Of a DNA stretch of 64,000 nt, positions 34,139-44,411 are shown one piece after another. The DNA is from Desulfovibrio psychrotolerans (GTDB lineage: Bacteria > Desulfobacterota > Desulfovibrionia > Desulfovibrionales > Desulfovibrionaceae), in assembly GCF_013340305.1 (NCBI RefSeq), contig NZ_BLVP01000008.1, positions 753,719 to 817,718 on the forward strand. The letters are read 5' to 3'. The notes under the pieces are model-generated. The model saw only the letters and a program-made list of their open reading frames with translations. It was not told the DNA's origin and made no database searches. A program made the translations under genes and the position numbers. Numbering within the stretch: the first letter of the stretch is position 1; each line of letters starts with the position of its first letter.

Positions 34139-36859
34139 GTGGAGATGGAAACCCCAACTTCTGCTGCTGTGTCGGGCTCCGTATCTAGCTCCGGACCTGA
34201 ACATCCCGCAGGACTTTTCCAGCTGCGTATGGGCATCGGGGTGCTGTGCCTCGGCGTGCTGGTTCTCACGCTCGGATTCAATGTGCTGCTTTCCGTGTCC
34301 ACGCTGGACAGGCTGGCAACGGCCTCGCTGCTTTCGGGCTATCGCGCTGCAGGCGAGCATGTGGCGCTGAGTATTGAACGCGGACTGCGATTCGGCAAAC
34401 CCCTTGCACAGTACGCGGGCATGGTGGAGATGCTGGATGACCTGCGTGACGGCGCAGGCAATATCCGCTCCGTTCAGGTGCTGGATGTCTCCGGGACACC
34501 GCTGTATTCCGTCGCGACAATTGAGGGCGGCAGGGACAGCATGCCCCCCGCAGACTCCGGCAGCGGGTATGCCGCAAAGGATGATGGCTCTCCCGGTGAC
34601 GGTACACGGACGTTTGATCGCGCAATGCTTGAAGCAGCCCGGAAGGGGGCGGCGGTAGATAACGGGGAAGACTTTCTTGCAAAGGCAGATGTCTACCGCA
34701 TTGTCATTCCGCTGCAATATCAGGGTATCGCGGGCGGGTTGGCGCTGGATATAGACAGGTCGCATGTGGATTCCGTCACCGATGGATTTTCCCGTTGGGC
34801 CGCCTTGCTGCTGGTGGTGGCGTGCGCGGCTGTGTGTGTGACGCTGGCGGGGTGGATATGGCTGCTCACCGCCACGCCCGAAGCCCGGGCCCGGCTCCAG
34901 AAATCCCTGTCCCTGCTGCTGCTTGTCCTCATCGGCGGCACGCAGCTTGCGTATTCCCTCGCTATGGTCACGCTGTTCGACTCGTTCATGGAACATGCCG
35001 TGCGTGAAAAGGTGGACATGGCGGCCCGGTTCATCAAGCGCGACTTTGAGTACATTATCCACAAGGGGGTGGATGTGCGCTCCATCCGCGGGGGAGAGGC
35101 CCTGCTTGCCCGCATTGTGGAGGCGCACGCCGAAGTGGCAGGTGCCGAGATGGTGCTGCCGGACGGGACAATGCTTGCCTCTGCCGGAGACATCACGCAG
35201 GGGGGCCATATTGTGGAGCGTTCTGTGGATGGTTACTGGCCAAGCCGTTTCCGGCAGCGCGAAGAGGCCATGCGCATACGCCTGCATGTGGACAATGCCC
35301 ATGTGGCGGCCGGGGTGCGCAGCCTGAGCGTGGACCTCGTCACCTCCTTCGTCATCAGCCTGCTGTTTCTCATGGAGCTTGCGCGGCTGCTGAGCATGGT
35401 GTCTGTGCGTTTTACCAGATCCATGCTTGCCGCAGAAGGGGATGCGGGGCAGACGACACGAAAGGTGACTGGCCGGGCGAAGGGGCGGACAATCGGCCGG
35501 ACAGCGGGAGTAACCGTTTGCACATCGCAGGCTCTGCGGGCCGCCGGTTTTTTGTTTTTTCTCGGTTACGACATGGGAATCTCGTTCATTCCGTTGCTGG
35601 CGCGTAATTTCAAGGCCCCGCTGTGGGGTTTTTCCGAACAGGTACAGGCCGGGCTGCCCATATCCGCAGAGATGATTTGCGCCGGTGTGGCTCTGCTGCT
35701 GGCTGGCATCCTCTCCGAGCGTTTCGGCTGGCGCATGGCGTTTGCGCTGGGAGCCGTGGCCGCCTCCGCAGGGCTGATAATGGGGTGGGCCGCCACCTCG
35801 TTGCCGGCCCTTATCGTGGCGCGCGGTGCTTCCGGCTTCGGCTTCGGGTTGGTGCTCATGGCCGTGCAGCTGGGAACGCTGGGAGATGAAAAGGCCGGTG
35901 CGGGCTTAGCGGGCGTTTTCGCGGGAATTTTTTCCGGCAGCATCTGTGGTTCCGCTGCCGGGGCCATGCTGGCGGAGCGGCTGGGGTTTGAAACGGTGTT
36001 TCTGGTGGCCGCCGTGCTGGTTCCCGTGTCCATTCTGGCGTTGTATGTAGGCGGTGGCTGGGCTTCCGGTTCTGTTCCGGAAAACTGCCCCGTGGGTAAG
36101 ACTGCTAAGGCAGAGAAGGCCGATAACGCCGGGCAGGATGACCTTTCCGTCCCTGCGGTACCACATGTCACCCCTGCGCCGGGAGCGGCCGGAGCCGCGC
36201 TCGCCTTTCTGCTCGACCCGCGCATGCTGTTCCTGCTCGCCATGGTGGGCATTCCCGCTTCTGTGTGTCTGACGGGATTCCTCTACTACCTGCTGCCGCT
36301 CGTGCTGAACGGTGCGCACGTGAGCCAGTCGGACATCGGCCGTATCTTCATGGTTTACGGGCTGTGCTTCATCACGGTGGGGCCCATGCTGGGCAGGCTG
36401 CTGGACAGGGCCCGGGACAAGGGGGCCTTTGCCATGCTCACGGGGGTGTTTTCCGGGGTTTCCCTGCTTGCCGCCGCTCTTTCTCTGGCGTTTCTTGATG
36501 TCATGCCCGCAGGGCATGAGGCAGAAGGTGCCGGAGCGGTGCAGGGGATGATGACACCTCAAGGCATCGCCATCATTGTGTTATCCGTCCTGCTCATCGG
36601 AGTGGCCCAGTGCCTTGCAGCTCCCGCAACCATTCTTTGCGTTACCTCGCTGGGGTCCGCGCGTCGGCTGGGGCGGGAAAAGGCGGCCAGTTTTTACCGG
36701 ACGCTGGAACGGATGGGGCAGGTGCTGGGGCCTATTCTTTTCGGCGTTGCGCTGGTGCGCATGGGGGCCGCACATACCCTGCTGGCCGTGGGGGCGGGCG
36801 TGTGCCTGCTCGCCATACTGTTCATGGTGGTATGGCGCATCAGCAGCCGGAAGGATTGA
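34139..36859 (+). CDS. Fusion protein: N-terminal membrane-anchored sensor-like module (~450 aa: TM, periplasmic domain, TM, cytoplasmic linker) joined to a C-terminal 12-TM MFS transporter
   Basis: Single 906-aa ORF with no internal stops. N-terminal part has TM1 (GIGVLCLGVLVLTLGFNVLL), a ~190-aa periplasmic segment, TM2 (WAALLLVVACAAVCVTLAGWIWLL) and a ~200-aa cytoplasmic region. C-terminal part has MFS features (GYDMGISFIPLLARNF, ...GFGFGLVLMAVQLG..., twelve hydrophobic spans). Confidence 0.6.
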   Translation: MEMETPTSAAVSGSVSSSGPEHPAGLFQLRMGIGVLCLGVLVLTLGFNVLLSVSTLDRLATASLLSGYRAAGEHVALSIERGLRFGKPLAQYAGMVEMLDDLRDGAGNIRSVQVLDVSGTPLYSVATIEGGRDSMPPADSGSGYAAKDDGSPGDGTRTFDRAMLEAARKGAAVDNGEDFLAKADVYRIVIPLQYQGIAGGLALDIDRSHVDSVTDGFSRWAALLLVVACAAVCVTLAGWIWLLTATPEARARLQKSLSLLLLVLIGGTQLAYSLAMVTLFDSFMEHAVREKVDMAARFIKRDFEYIIHKGVDVRSIRGGEALLARIVEAHAEVAGAEMVLPDGTMLASAGDITQGGHIVERSVDGYWPSRFRQREEAMRIRLHVDNAHVAAGVRSLSVDLVTSFVISLLFLMELARLLSMVSVRFTRSMLAAEGDAGQTTRKVTGRAKGRTIGRTAGVTVCTSQALRAAGFLFFLGYDMGISFIPLLARNFKAPLWGFSEQVQAGLPISAEMICAGVALLLAGILSERFGWRMAFALGAVAASAGLIMGWAATSLPALIVARGASGFGFGLVLMAVQLGTLGDEKAGAGLAGVFAGIFSGSICGSAAGAMLAERLGFETVFLVAAVLVPVSILALYVGGGWASGSVPENCPVGKTAKAEKADNAGQDDLSVPAVPHVTPAPGAAGAALAFLLDPRMLFLLAMVGIPASVCLTGFLYYLLPLVLNGAHVSQSDIGRIFMVYGLCFITVGPMLGRLLDRARDKGAFAMLTGVFSGVSLLAAALSLAFLDVMPAGHEAEGAGAVQGMMTPQGIAIIVLSVLLIGVAQCLAAPATILCVTSLGSARRLGREKAASFYRTLERMGQVLGPILFGVALVRMGAAHTLLAVGAGVCLLAILFMVVWRISSRKD

Positions 36860-37793
36860 GCAGGTCTTCCATCTCCGGCAGACAGGGGTCGTCCAGCCCC
36901 TGTGGCAGGTAGAGTGAGAGCAGTTGGCGGTAGTCGTCCATGTCTATGAGCCTGCCGCCGTTTTCAGCAAACTGCCTGAATTCTTCTTCTGTGGGGTAGC
37001 TGAAATACTGCTCCTGTGTCTTGTCCTGCGATGTGCCGGGCAGCCGTTCTTCCCGTTCCAGCACGGGCAGGTGGCGCAAAAACGCTTCTATGCCTGCAAA
37101 ATATGTCTGCACAAAATTCCAGAGCAGCGAACGGTCATACCGTATATCTGCCCAGCCCACGTCCACCACGTCGCCACTGTCTATGCCGGGGTCAATGTGG
37201 AAGACCGTGCAGCCTGAGCGGGCATGACGCATCTGCATGGCGCGAAAAGGGCCGCATAATCCCTGAATCTGAGGCAATACACCGGGGTGCATGCCATATA
37301 TGCCAAGGCGGGGAATGGAGATGATGTCTTCTCTGAAGATGAAGTCGTACCGGCAGGAGAGTATGACATCCGGGGCAAGGGCGCGCATGGCGGCGGCCGC
37401 TTCGGGCCTGCTGGCCCGGCCCCATAGTTCGACCGGAATGCCGAATTTTTTGGAAATTCCGGAAAATGTTTGGTATTCTGCAGTACTGCCTTCCGGGAAC
37501 CTGTCATCCAGATAGGGGTAAAACAGTTTCAGGGGCATATCCCGTTCATGATTGAGCAGGCATGCTGCCAGCAGGTTTGCCCGCTCCGCCTTGAGCACAT
37601 AGTCGGAGAGAACCACATGGACATTGTGGCGGGGAGCAAGCGCGCTCACAAGCCTGTTCAGAGCCAGATTTCCCGCAAGATCACGTTTGGTGCAGATGAC
37701 GATTTTCAAAGGGCCGCCATGGGGAGTCGTTGAAGCCTGAAAGGGGAACGCCGCGTCGGGGAGGGAAGATAGCACGGGCTGCGGCGGGAGCAC
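36840..37793 (-). CDS. Formyltransferase-family protein (PF00551-like; divergent, not canonical Fmt)
   Basis: 317 aa. Formyl-transferase catalytic region GIYGMHPGVLPQIQGLCGPFRAM (N-x-H-x-SLLP-type motif), aligned from memory to Fmt GCINVHGSLLPRWRGAAPI. Convergent with the MFS fusion gene and overlaps its 3' end by 20 bp. Confidence 0.5.
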   Translation of the reverse strand: MLPPQPVLSSLPDAAFPFQASTTPHGGPLKIVICTKRDLAGNLALNRLVSALAPRHNVHVVLSDYVLKAERANLLAACLLNHERDMPLKLFYPYLDDRFPEGSTAEYQTFSGISKKFGIPVELWGRASRPEAAAAMRALAPDVILSCRYDFIFREDIISIPRLGIYGMHPGVLPQIQGLCGPFRAMQMRHARSGCTVFHIDPGIDSGDVVDVGWADIRYDRSLLWNFVQTYFAGIEAFLRHLPVLEREERLPGTSQDKTQEQYFSYPTEEEFRQFAENGGRLIDMDDYRQLLSLYLPQGLDDPCLPEMEDLLNPSGC

Positions 37794-38088
37794 AAGATGG
37801 TCATTGCATGTCTAAGGCGTTATCTATGCGGGGCAGGCTTGGTTCATGTCAGGCCGATGCCGCTTTTCGGGTGAGCGTGCTGCGCGGCACACGGCGCTGC
37901 GAATCTATAATGCCCTGCATGGTGGGGATTGGGCAATATAGCGTTACATGGTATAGTGTTGTGCAGAACAGGCGCATGCGGGACACGCCCGGCAGGGCAC
38001 TGCCTGTTGCATAGCTGGTGTGATAGCGTAAAGAGTTGCATGGTGCTGCTCAGAACAGGGCGGGGCACTACCATTCTGCGGGAGACAT

Positions 38089-41000
38089 ATGGAGCAGTAT
38101 TCCGGGATACTTGTCGGGTTGGTGCAGAATGTGGCGCTTCTTCTGGCGGCGGCCCTGTTCTTTGATCTTTTTGCCTCGCGTTGGCGCAGGGGGGTGGGAC
38201 ACCTGCCCGCCAAGCTGTTCACGGGCTTCCTGCTCGGTGTTATCGGCATGGTGGTCATGCTTACGCCGTGGACCTTCACACCTGGCGTTATGTTCGATAC
38301 CCGTTCGGTGCTGATAGGTATAACCGGGCTGTTCTTCGGTACTATTCCTGTCCTTGTGACCATGGGCATGACGGCAGCACTGCGTCTGTATCAGGGCGGG
38401 GCTGGGGCAGTCATGGGTGTCAGCGTCATACTTACTTCCGGTATCATCGGCCTGCTGTGGAGATACCGCACCCGGCGGCTGGAAGGACTTTCATGGCCGC
38501 AGCTGTATATCTTCGGCCTGGCCATCCATATCGTCATGCTCATGCTCACGCTGACTCTTCCCGGCGACATCGCCTTGCGTGTGTTCTCCGGTATCTGGCT
38601 GCCTGTCCTGTTGATCTATCCCGTTGCCACAGCCCTGCTCGGCAGCCTTATGTCGCGCCGTCTCACCAGCGATGCCATGGAAGATTCGCTTTGTGCCAGC
38701 GAACTGCGCCACAGAATCATTTTTGAGAACAGCCCGCTGGGTATGATTCTGTTCGATTCCTCGGGCACCGTGGTGGATTGCAACGATAAGTTCGTGGAGC
38801 TTATGGGTTCATCCCGCGACAAGGTCATAGGCTTCAATACCGTGCGGCAAAGCTCGCCTGCCATGAGTGCCGCCCTGCAACGTGCCCTGAACGGTCAGCC
38901 GTCCACGTTTGAGGATGCCTACACCTCCGTTACGGGTGGCAGGCACCTGATTCTTCGCGTCATTTTCAATCCCGTGCGCCCGGGGGGTTCGCCCACAGAG
39001 GTCATCGCCACGCTGGAAGACATTACCGAACGCAGGCAGGCAGAGGAATCGCTGCGCGCCCGCGAGGCAGCCCTGAACAGCATATTCCGGGCCGCTCCCG
39101 TAGGCATAGGCGTGGTTGTGGACCGGGTTTTTGTTCGGGTCAATGACCGGCTGTGCGAGATGACAGGATACTCGCAGGAGGACTTGGTAGGCAGCAACGC
39201 CCGGATGCTCTATCCCGATGACGAAAGCTACCGTTACGTGGGGGATGAAAAGTACCGGCAGATACGGGAACGCGGAACGGGAACGGTGGAAACGCATTGG
39301 CGGCGCAAGGACGGTGGCATCATGGATGTGCTGCTCAGTTCCACCCCCATGAATCTTGCAGACTATTCGGTGGGGGTAACCTTTACGGCGCTGGATATCA
39401 CCGAACGCAAGCGGGGCGAAGAGATGTTGCGGGAGAGCGAGGCCCGTTTCCGCACGCTGCACAATGCCTCGTTCGGGGGCATAACTATCCATGATCATGG
39501 ACTTATTCTCGACTGTAATCAGGGGCTTGCGGATATTACCGGGTATACGGTGGATGAACTGGTGGGCATGGACGGCTTGCTGCTTATTGAAGAGTCCTGT
39601 CGGGGCGACGTGATGGAGAGGATTCGAGCCGGCTATGAAAAACCCTATGAATCACTTGGAGTGCGTAAGAACGGCGAGGTCTACCACATTCGCCTTGAAG
39701 CGCGGCAGATACCCTATAAAGGGCGGCAGGTCCGCGTGGTGGAATTCCGGGATATAACAGAACAGAAGCGGGCGGAAGAGGCCATCCGGCAGAGCGAGGA
39801 ACGCTTCCGCCTGATTATTGAAGATGTGGAGGTGGCTGTGCAGGGCTACGACAGCAACCTGCGGGTGATATACTGGAACAGGGCCAGCGAACGGCTTTAC
39901 GGCTATACCGATGAAGAGGCCATGGGGCGGTCTCTGTTGGAGTTGATCATACCGGAACCTATGAGGGATGGTGTGAAGGAGGCGGTAGAAAACTGGGTGC
40001 GCAACGGGGTGCCCATTCCGGCTGCGGAATTGGTGCTGCAGCATAAAGATGGGTCCGAGGTGCCCGTGTATTCTTCGCACGCCATCCAGCGCAGACCGGG
40101 CGGCGATATGGAACTGTTCTGCGTGGATGTGGACCTCTCCGACTTCCGCAAGATGCACACGGCACTGCTTGCAGCCAAGGAGCAGGCAGAGGCGGCAAGC
40201 CGCAGCAAGTCTGAATTTCTGGCCAACATGAGCCATGAACTGCGCACCCCGCTCAATGGCATTATGGGTATGCTGCAACTTATGGAGGCAACCCACCTTG
40301 ACGAGGAGCAGAGGGATTATGCCCGTGCGGCACTTGAATCATCCCGGCGTCTTACCCGCCTGCTCAGCGATATTCTGGACTTGTCGCGCATTGAGGCAGG
40401 CAAGATGGAACTCTACATGGAGCCGTTCGACCTGAGGGAGACGCTGCATTCCATGGAACTGCTGTTCCGCCCCAGTGCCAGCCAGTCCGGCAACCTTCTG
40501 GAATTCAGGATTTCAGAGGATTTTCCGCCCAGACTCATGGGAGATGTGGTCCGGCTGCAGCAGGTGATAAGCAATCTGGTGGGTAACGCCCTCAAGTTTA
40601 CAAAGGGCGGGTCCGTAACTGTGGAAGCATATCCCCTGCAGGCCATAAAGCCCCATGAGTACAGGGTGCTTTTTGCCATTGCGGATACGGGAGTGGGTAT
40701 TCCGGACGATAAACAGAACGAGTTGTTTCATCCCTTTACGCAGGTGGATGGAAGCATGGCCCGCCAGCATCAGGGCGCGGGGCTGGGGCTTTCCATCTGC
40801 AAGCGTCTGGTGGCCCTCATGGGAGGGAGTATCTCCATAGCCAGTGAAGAAGGGGTGGGAACCACCGTGCACTTCTGTGTCACGCTGGGGCGGAGCGATG
40901 ACGCCGTCCTGGTGCCGGAGGAACTGGAATCTGCCGAAAGCGCATTGCCTGAGCGGCCGTTGCGTATTCTGCTGGCAGAGGATGAACGGGTGAACCGCTC

Positions 41001-41328
41001 GCTCGTTATTAAGCTCATGGAAAAGCACGGGCACGCTGTTACTGCCGTGGAGGATGGGCAGCAAGCCGTGCGTGCGCTGGCGGCAGAGGAGTTTGATGTG
41101 GTGCTTATGGACGTGCAGATGCCTGTAATGGACGGCGTGCAGGCCACGCGGGCCATACGCGAAGGGACCGCCGGAAAGGACAGAAAGAACGTGCCCATCA
41201 TCGCGCTTACCGCGCATGCCATGTCAGGTGACCGTGAACGCCTGCTGGAAGCAGGCGTGGACGAGTATCTGGCCAAACCTTTCGATGTGGGCACGCTGCT
41301 CCGTATTCTACGCCGCTCCATGCGTTAA
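38089..41328 (+). CDS. Hybrid sensor histidine kinase/response regulator with N-terminal 5TM LytS-type receptor domain and multiple PAS domains
   Basis: 1079 aa. 5TMR-LYT-like N-terminus. At least 4 PAS/PAC modules. HisKA ([11 protein letters not shown]). HATPase_c (DTGVGI...GAGLGLSI). C-terminal REC (LLAEDERVN...[14 protein letters not shown]...KPF). Confidence 0.85.
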   Translation: MEQYSGILVGLVQNVALLLAAALFFDLFASRWRRGVGHLPAKLFTGFLLGVIGMVVMLTPWTFTPGVMFDTRSVLIGITGLFFGTIPVLVTMGMTAALRLYQGGAGAVMGVSVILTSGIIGLLWRYRTRRLEGLSWPQLYIFGLAIHIVMLMLTLTLPGDIALRVFSGIWLPVLLIYPVATALLGSLMSRRLTSDAMEDSLCASELRHRIIFENSPLGMILFDSSGTVVDCNDKFVELMGSSRDKVIGFNTVRQSSPAMSAALQRALNGQPSTFEDAYTSVTGGRHLILRVIFNPVRPGGSPTEVIATLEDITERRQAEESLRAREAALNSIFRAAPVGIGVVVDRVFVRVNDRLCEMTGYSQEDLVGSNARMLYPDDESYRYVGDEKYRQIRERGTGTVETHWRRKDGGIMDVLLSSTPMNLADYSVGVTFTALDITERKRGEEMLRESEARFRTLHNASFGGITIHDHGLILDCNQGLADITGYTVDELVGMDGLLLIEESCRGDVMERIRAGYEKPYESLGVRKNGEVYHIRLEARQIPYKGRQVRVVEFRDITEQKRAEEAIRQSEERFRLIIEDVEVAVQGYDSNLRVIYWNRASERLYGYTDEEAMGRSLLELIIPEPMRDGVKEAVENWVRNGVPIPAAELVLQHKDGSEVPVYSSHAIQRRPGGDMELFCVDVDLSDFRKMHTALLAAKEQAEAASRSKSEFLANMSHELRTPLNGIMGMLQLMEATHLDEEQRDYARAALESSRRLTRLLSDILDLSRIEAGKMELYMEPFDLRETLHSMELLFRPSASQSGNLLEFRISEDFPPRLMGDVVRLQQVISNLVGNALKFTKGGSVTVEAYPLQAIKPHEYRVLFAIADTGVGIPDDKQNELFHPFTQVDGSMARQHQGAGLGLSICKRLVALMGGSISIASEEGVGTTVHFCVTLGRSDDAVLVPEELESAESALPERPLRILLAEDERVNRSLVIKLMEKHGHAVTAVEDGQQAVRALAAEEFDVVLMDVQMPVMDGVQATRAIREGTAGKDRKNVPIIALTAHAMSGDRERLLEAGVDEYLAKPFDVGTLLRILRRSMR

Positions 41329-41385
41329 GGCGGTGGCGCATATCTTGTGAACGGTTGGGGCTAAGCCCTGCTGAAGGGCGGCAGG

Positions 41386-43911
41386 CTACTGCACCGGAGG
41401 CACAAGCGAGCACTCCACCCTGTTTCGTCCGTTTTGCTTGGCCCGGTAAAGTGCCATATCCGACTGCTTGAGCAGTGTTTCCAGACTGGAGCAGGCTTCA
41501 GAATATTCGGCAACCCCCAGACTTACCGTAAATCGCACGGTGGTGCCGTCTTCCAACTCCACGCCGCTGTCCTGCATGGCAAGGCGTATGCGTTCCGCCA
41601 CCAGCCGGCCGCCCTCAATATCTGTTTCCGGAAGCCCGACGGCGAACTCCTCGCCCCCCAAACGTCCAAGGATATCCACCTCGCGCAGCACCGACCGGGC
41701 TGCTTCGGCAATGGCTTTAAGCACAATATCCCCTGCATCGTGTCCGTAGGTGTCGTTAACAGATTTAAATTTATCCGCATCAAACATGATGAGCGAGAAG
41801 GGCGAGTCATACCGGCTGCAACGCTCCAGTTCCCGCTCTGTCTGCTCCATGAACCACCGGCGGTTGGCAAGGCCCGTCAGCGCGTCCGTGGTTGCCAGAT
41901 TGTGCAGTTGTTCCTGTAGCATGCGCGATTCAGTAACATCCCAGTTCACGCCTATCATGTGTTCCGGCTGGCCTTGCGCGTCTCGGCGGGTCAGTGCGGC
42001 TGCCCGCACATGGCGTACGGAACCATCCGGCCAGATGATGCGGAACTCCCACTCCCACGGGCTGGCACTTCTGCCCGCCTCCTGTATGGCATTGTGGGCG
42101 GCTGTTATGTCCGCCGGGTGCACACGGCCTTTCCACGCTTCGTACAGGCCGGAGAATTCTCCGCCACGAATTTTGTAAATGGCAAGCATCTGCTCATCCC
42201 ATATCAGGGAGTCGTCTTTCAGGTTCCATTCCCATACGCCTATGCCACCCGCGCGTGATGCAAGTTCCAGCCTGTCTGAAAAGGCATGCAGTTCCTGTTC
42301 CGCCTTCTTGCGCTGGGTTATGTCGCGCAGGCTGCCCACAGCATAATAGGAATTGCCCAGCCTGAAAGCCGCAACGGAACGTTCCACGGGGAAGAGCTCC
42401 CCGTCTTTTTTAACGGCCATGAACTCCATCACCGAGCCGACTACAGGCCCCTGGCCGGTGGCGGCAAAGTGCTTAAGCCCCTTCCACGCCTTTTCCCTGT
42501 CGCTTTCCTGCGTGACAAGCAGATGCAGGCTTCTGCCCAATGCCTCTTTGCGGGTCCAGCCGAACATTCTTTCTGCAGCGGGACTCCAGAACATGATGTG
42601 ATCATCGGAGTCGATCATGATCAGGGCATCGTGCGATGCCTCCGCCATGGCCCGCATCTGTGCCTCATTGGCCTTCAGCGCATCTTCTATGAGTTTGCGG
42701 TCGGTTATGTCCTGAATGGTTCCCGTGGAGCGTATGGGGGTACCGGTGGCGTCGCATTCGGTTATTCCGCGTTCCTGCACGTGGCGTACCGTACCGTCGG
42801 CAAGGATTATACGGTGGTCCACGGAATAGCTGCCGCACGAACGCAGACTTTCCGCAAACTGGTTTTCCACCAGTTCCCGGTCGTCGGGATGGACCATGCC
42901 CAGAAAGCCTCTGAGTGATGGGGTGTGCTCTTCCCTGTCTGTGCCGAATATCCGGAACGTTTCATCCGACCACCACAGGTCGCCGGTGCGCATGTCAGCG
43001 TCCCAGCTGCCTAGATGGGACAGAGCCTGCGCGTGGTTCAGGCTTTCGCGTGTCTGCTCGATAAGGTGGTTTCTGCGGGCGGCCCTGTATGCTGCAAAAC
43101 CGGACACAAGAAAGAGCAGCAGCACCAGACCGTGTATCATAAAGGCAAGGGGCGGGGTGTGCGACCAGCCATGTTCCGGCGTGCCTGCCAGCACCCAGTT
43201 TCCGGAAGGAAACGTAACCGGCATGCGGACGGCATTCATTTTGGGGTCGAACAGATCCTGCTGTCCCCAGAAGACCGGTCCTTCCTGCCCGTATTCATCC
43301 ACTGCGCGTAGAGCCAGTTTCAGGGTGGTATCACGCATGCCCGCCATATCGTACAGGCGGTCCGCGTCAATGACGGAAGAGACAACTCCCCAGAAATGTC
43401 TCTGCCCTTTCTGGTACACAAAAACCGGAGCCCGTCCGATTATGCCGGTGCCGCCCTGCACCAGTTGCAAGGGGCCGTCCACGATCAGTTCCCCTGTACG
43501 CTCCGTACGGCTGGCCGTTTCCCACTGCTCCGGTAGGTCGCGGTAGCTCACGCCAAGAACTGCCTCGTTGCCTTCCAGCGGGTAGACATAGCGCATTACA
43601 TAATCGGGAGCCGCCCCCAGATTGCGGATAACGGGGGAATCCTGCAGCGTTTCCCGCGCGTATTGCGTAAATATCTGCGGAGTAAGCCCGGGAGTTACAG
43701 AGATAAAGTTCGCCATGCCCTGCACCAGCAGCAGGTTTGCGGTAATTTCCTTTTCGAGGCGGGCCCGCAGGGTGGCCAGCCTCAGAGAAGCATCCACTCT
43801 CTGGTTATTCAGGTGCTGGTTGAGCATCTGGTAATACAATAATCCGTCCAGCCCCGCGCACAGGATTGCGATAAGGAGGAGGGGGCGAAGATAGTGTTTT
43901 TTCATGGCCAT
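41386..43911 (-). CDS. CHASE-PAS-PAS-GGDEF diguanylate cyclase (active-site GGEEF)
   Basis: Start placed at MAMKK (43911); the ORF is open from 44028. N-terminal TM plus CHASE domain. Two or three PAS/PAC modules. C-terminal GGDEF domain with RLGGEEFAV. Confidence 0.8.
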   Translation of the reverse strand: MAMKKHYLRPLLLIAILCAGLDGLLYYQMLNQHLNNQRVDASLRLATLRARLEKEITANLLLVQGMANFISVTPGLTPQIFTQYARETLQDSPVIRNLGAAPDYVMRYVYPLEGNEAVLGVSYRDLPEQWETASRTERTGELIVDGPLQLVQGGTGIIGRAPVFVYQKGQRHFWGVVSSVIDADRLYDMAGMRDTTLKLALRAVDEYGQEGPVFWGQQDLFDPKMNAVRMPVTFPSGNWVLAGTPEHGWSHTPPLAFMIHGLVLLLFLVSGFAAYRAARRNHLIEQTRESLNHAQALSHLGSWDADMRTGDLWWSDETFRIFGTDREEHTPSLRGFLGMVHPDDRELVENQFAESLRSCGSYSVDHRIILADGTVRHVQERGITECDATGTPIRSTGTIQDITDRKLIEDALKANEAQMRAMAEASHDALIMIDSDDHIMFWSPAAERMFGWTRKEALGRSLHLLVTQESDREKAWKGLKHFAATGQGPVVGSVMEFMAVKKDGELFPVERSVAAFRLGNSYYAVGSLRDITQRKKAEQELHAFSDRLELASRAGGIGVWEWNLKDDSLIWDEQMLAIYKIRGGEFSGLYEAWKGRVHPADITAAHNAIQEAGRSASPWEWEFRIIWPDGSVRHVRAAALTRRDAQGQPEHMIGVNWDVTESRMLQEQLHNLATTDALTGLANRRWFMEQTERELERCSRYDSPFSLIMFDADKFKSVNDTYGHDAGDIVLKAIAEAARSVLREVDILGRLGGEEFAVGLPETDIEGGRLVAERIRLAMQDSGVELEDGTTVRFTVSLGVAEYSEACSSLETLLKQSDMALYRAKQNGRNRVECSLVPPVQ

Positions 43912-44411
43912 GCCGGGCTGCGGGTTAAAGCGGATCTGCCTGAATCGTATGAATCCTTTATGGAGGAAAAACACCCTTTCGGGCTGTGTCTTACCATGGA
44001 AAGAACAGGGCAGGCGGGAGTCCGGCAACAGGGAACGTGTTACTCGTTCTGCTGCAGCTCATTGGATTCCTTATACTCCATCCCTTTGCATTGTATATCA
44101 TTCGGCGTTCAACCGTCTAGCTGTAAGGTTATTGATCGTGTCCGTGCGGGGGAGCAGCATGTCCGCCGGAATATCCGTTTCGTGCGCATAGCGGATATTC
44201 TCCCGCAAGGCTTGCGGAAGATGCGGGCAGCGGGTAGATTACATTCTTGTCCGGGACTACGCACGGCATCCAAGCCTGCCCCGAGGCATGTCTGTCCGTC
44301 GCAGAGCATTACCCGTTTGCGGCAACTTCCCTTGTCACCAACGTCTACCCTCCGGTCGCGGCATCCGCTGTTTGCCGTACTTGCGAACGGAGAATATGGA
44401 GATAGCGTACC

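Noticed and set aside
34139-36859. Considered that the 906-aa fusion is two adjacent genes (sensor protein plus MFS) mis-merged
   Set aside because: The six-frame track shows one uninterrupted frame with no stop, and no internal RBS/ATG pattern typical of a gene boundary near the junction. Retained as a genuine fusion, flagged for verification.
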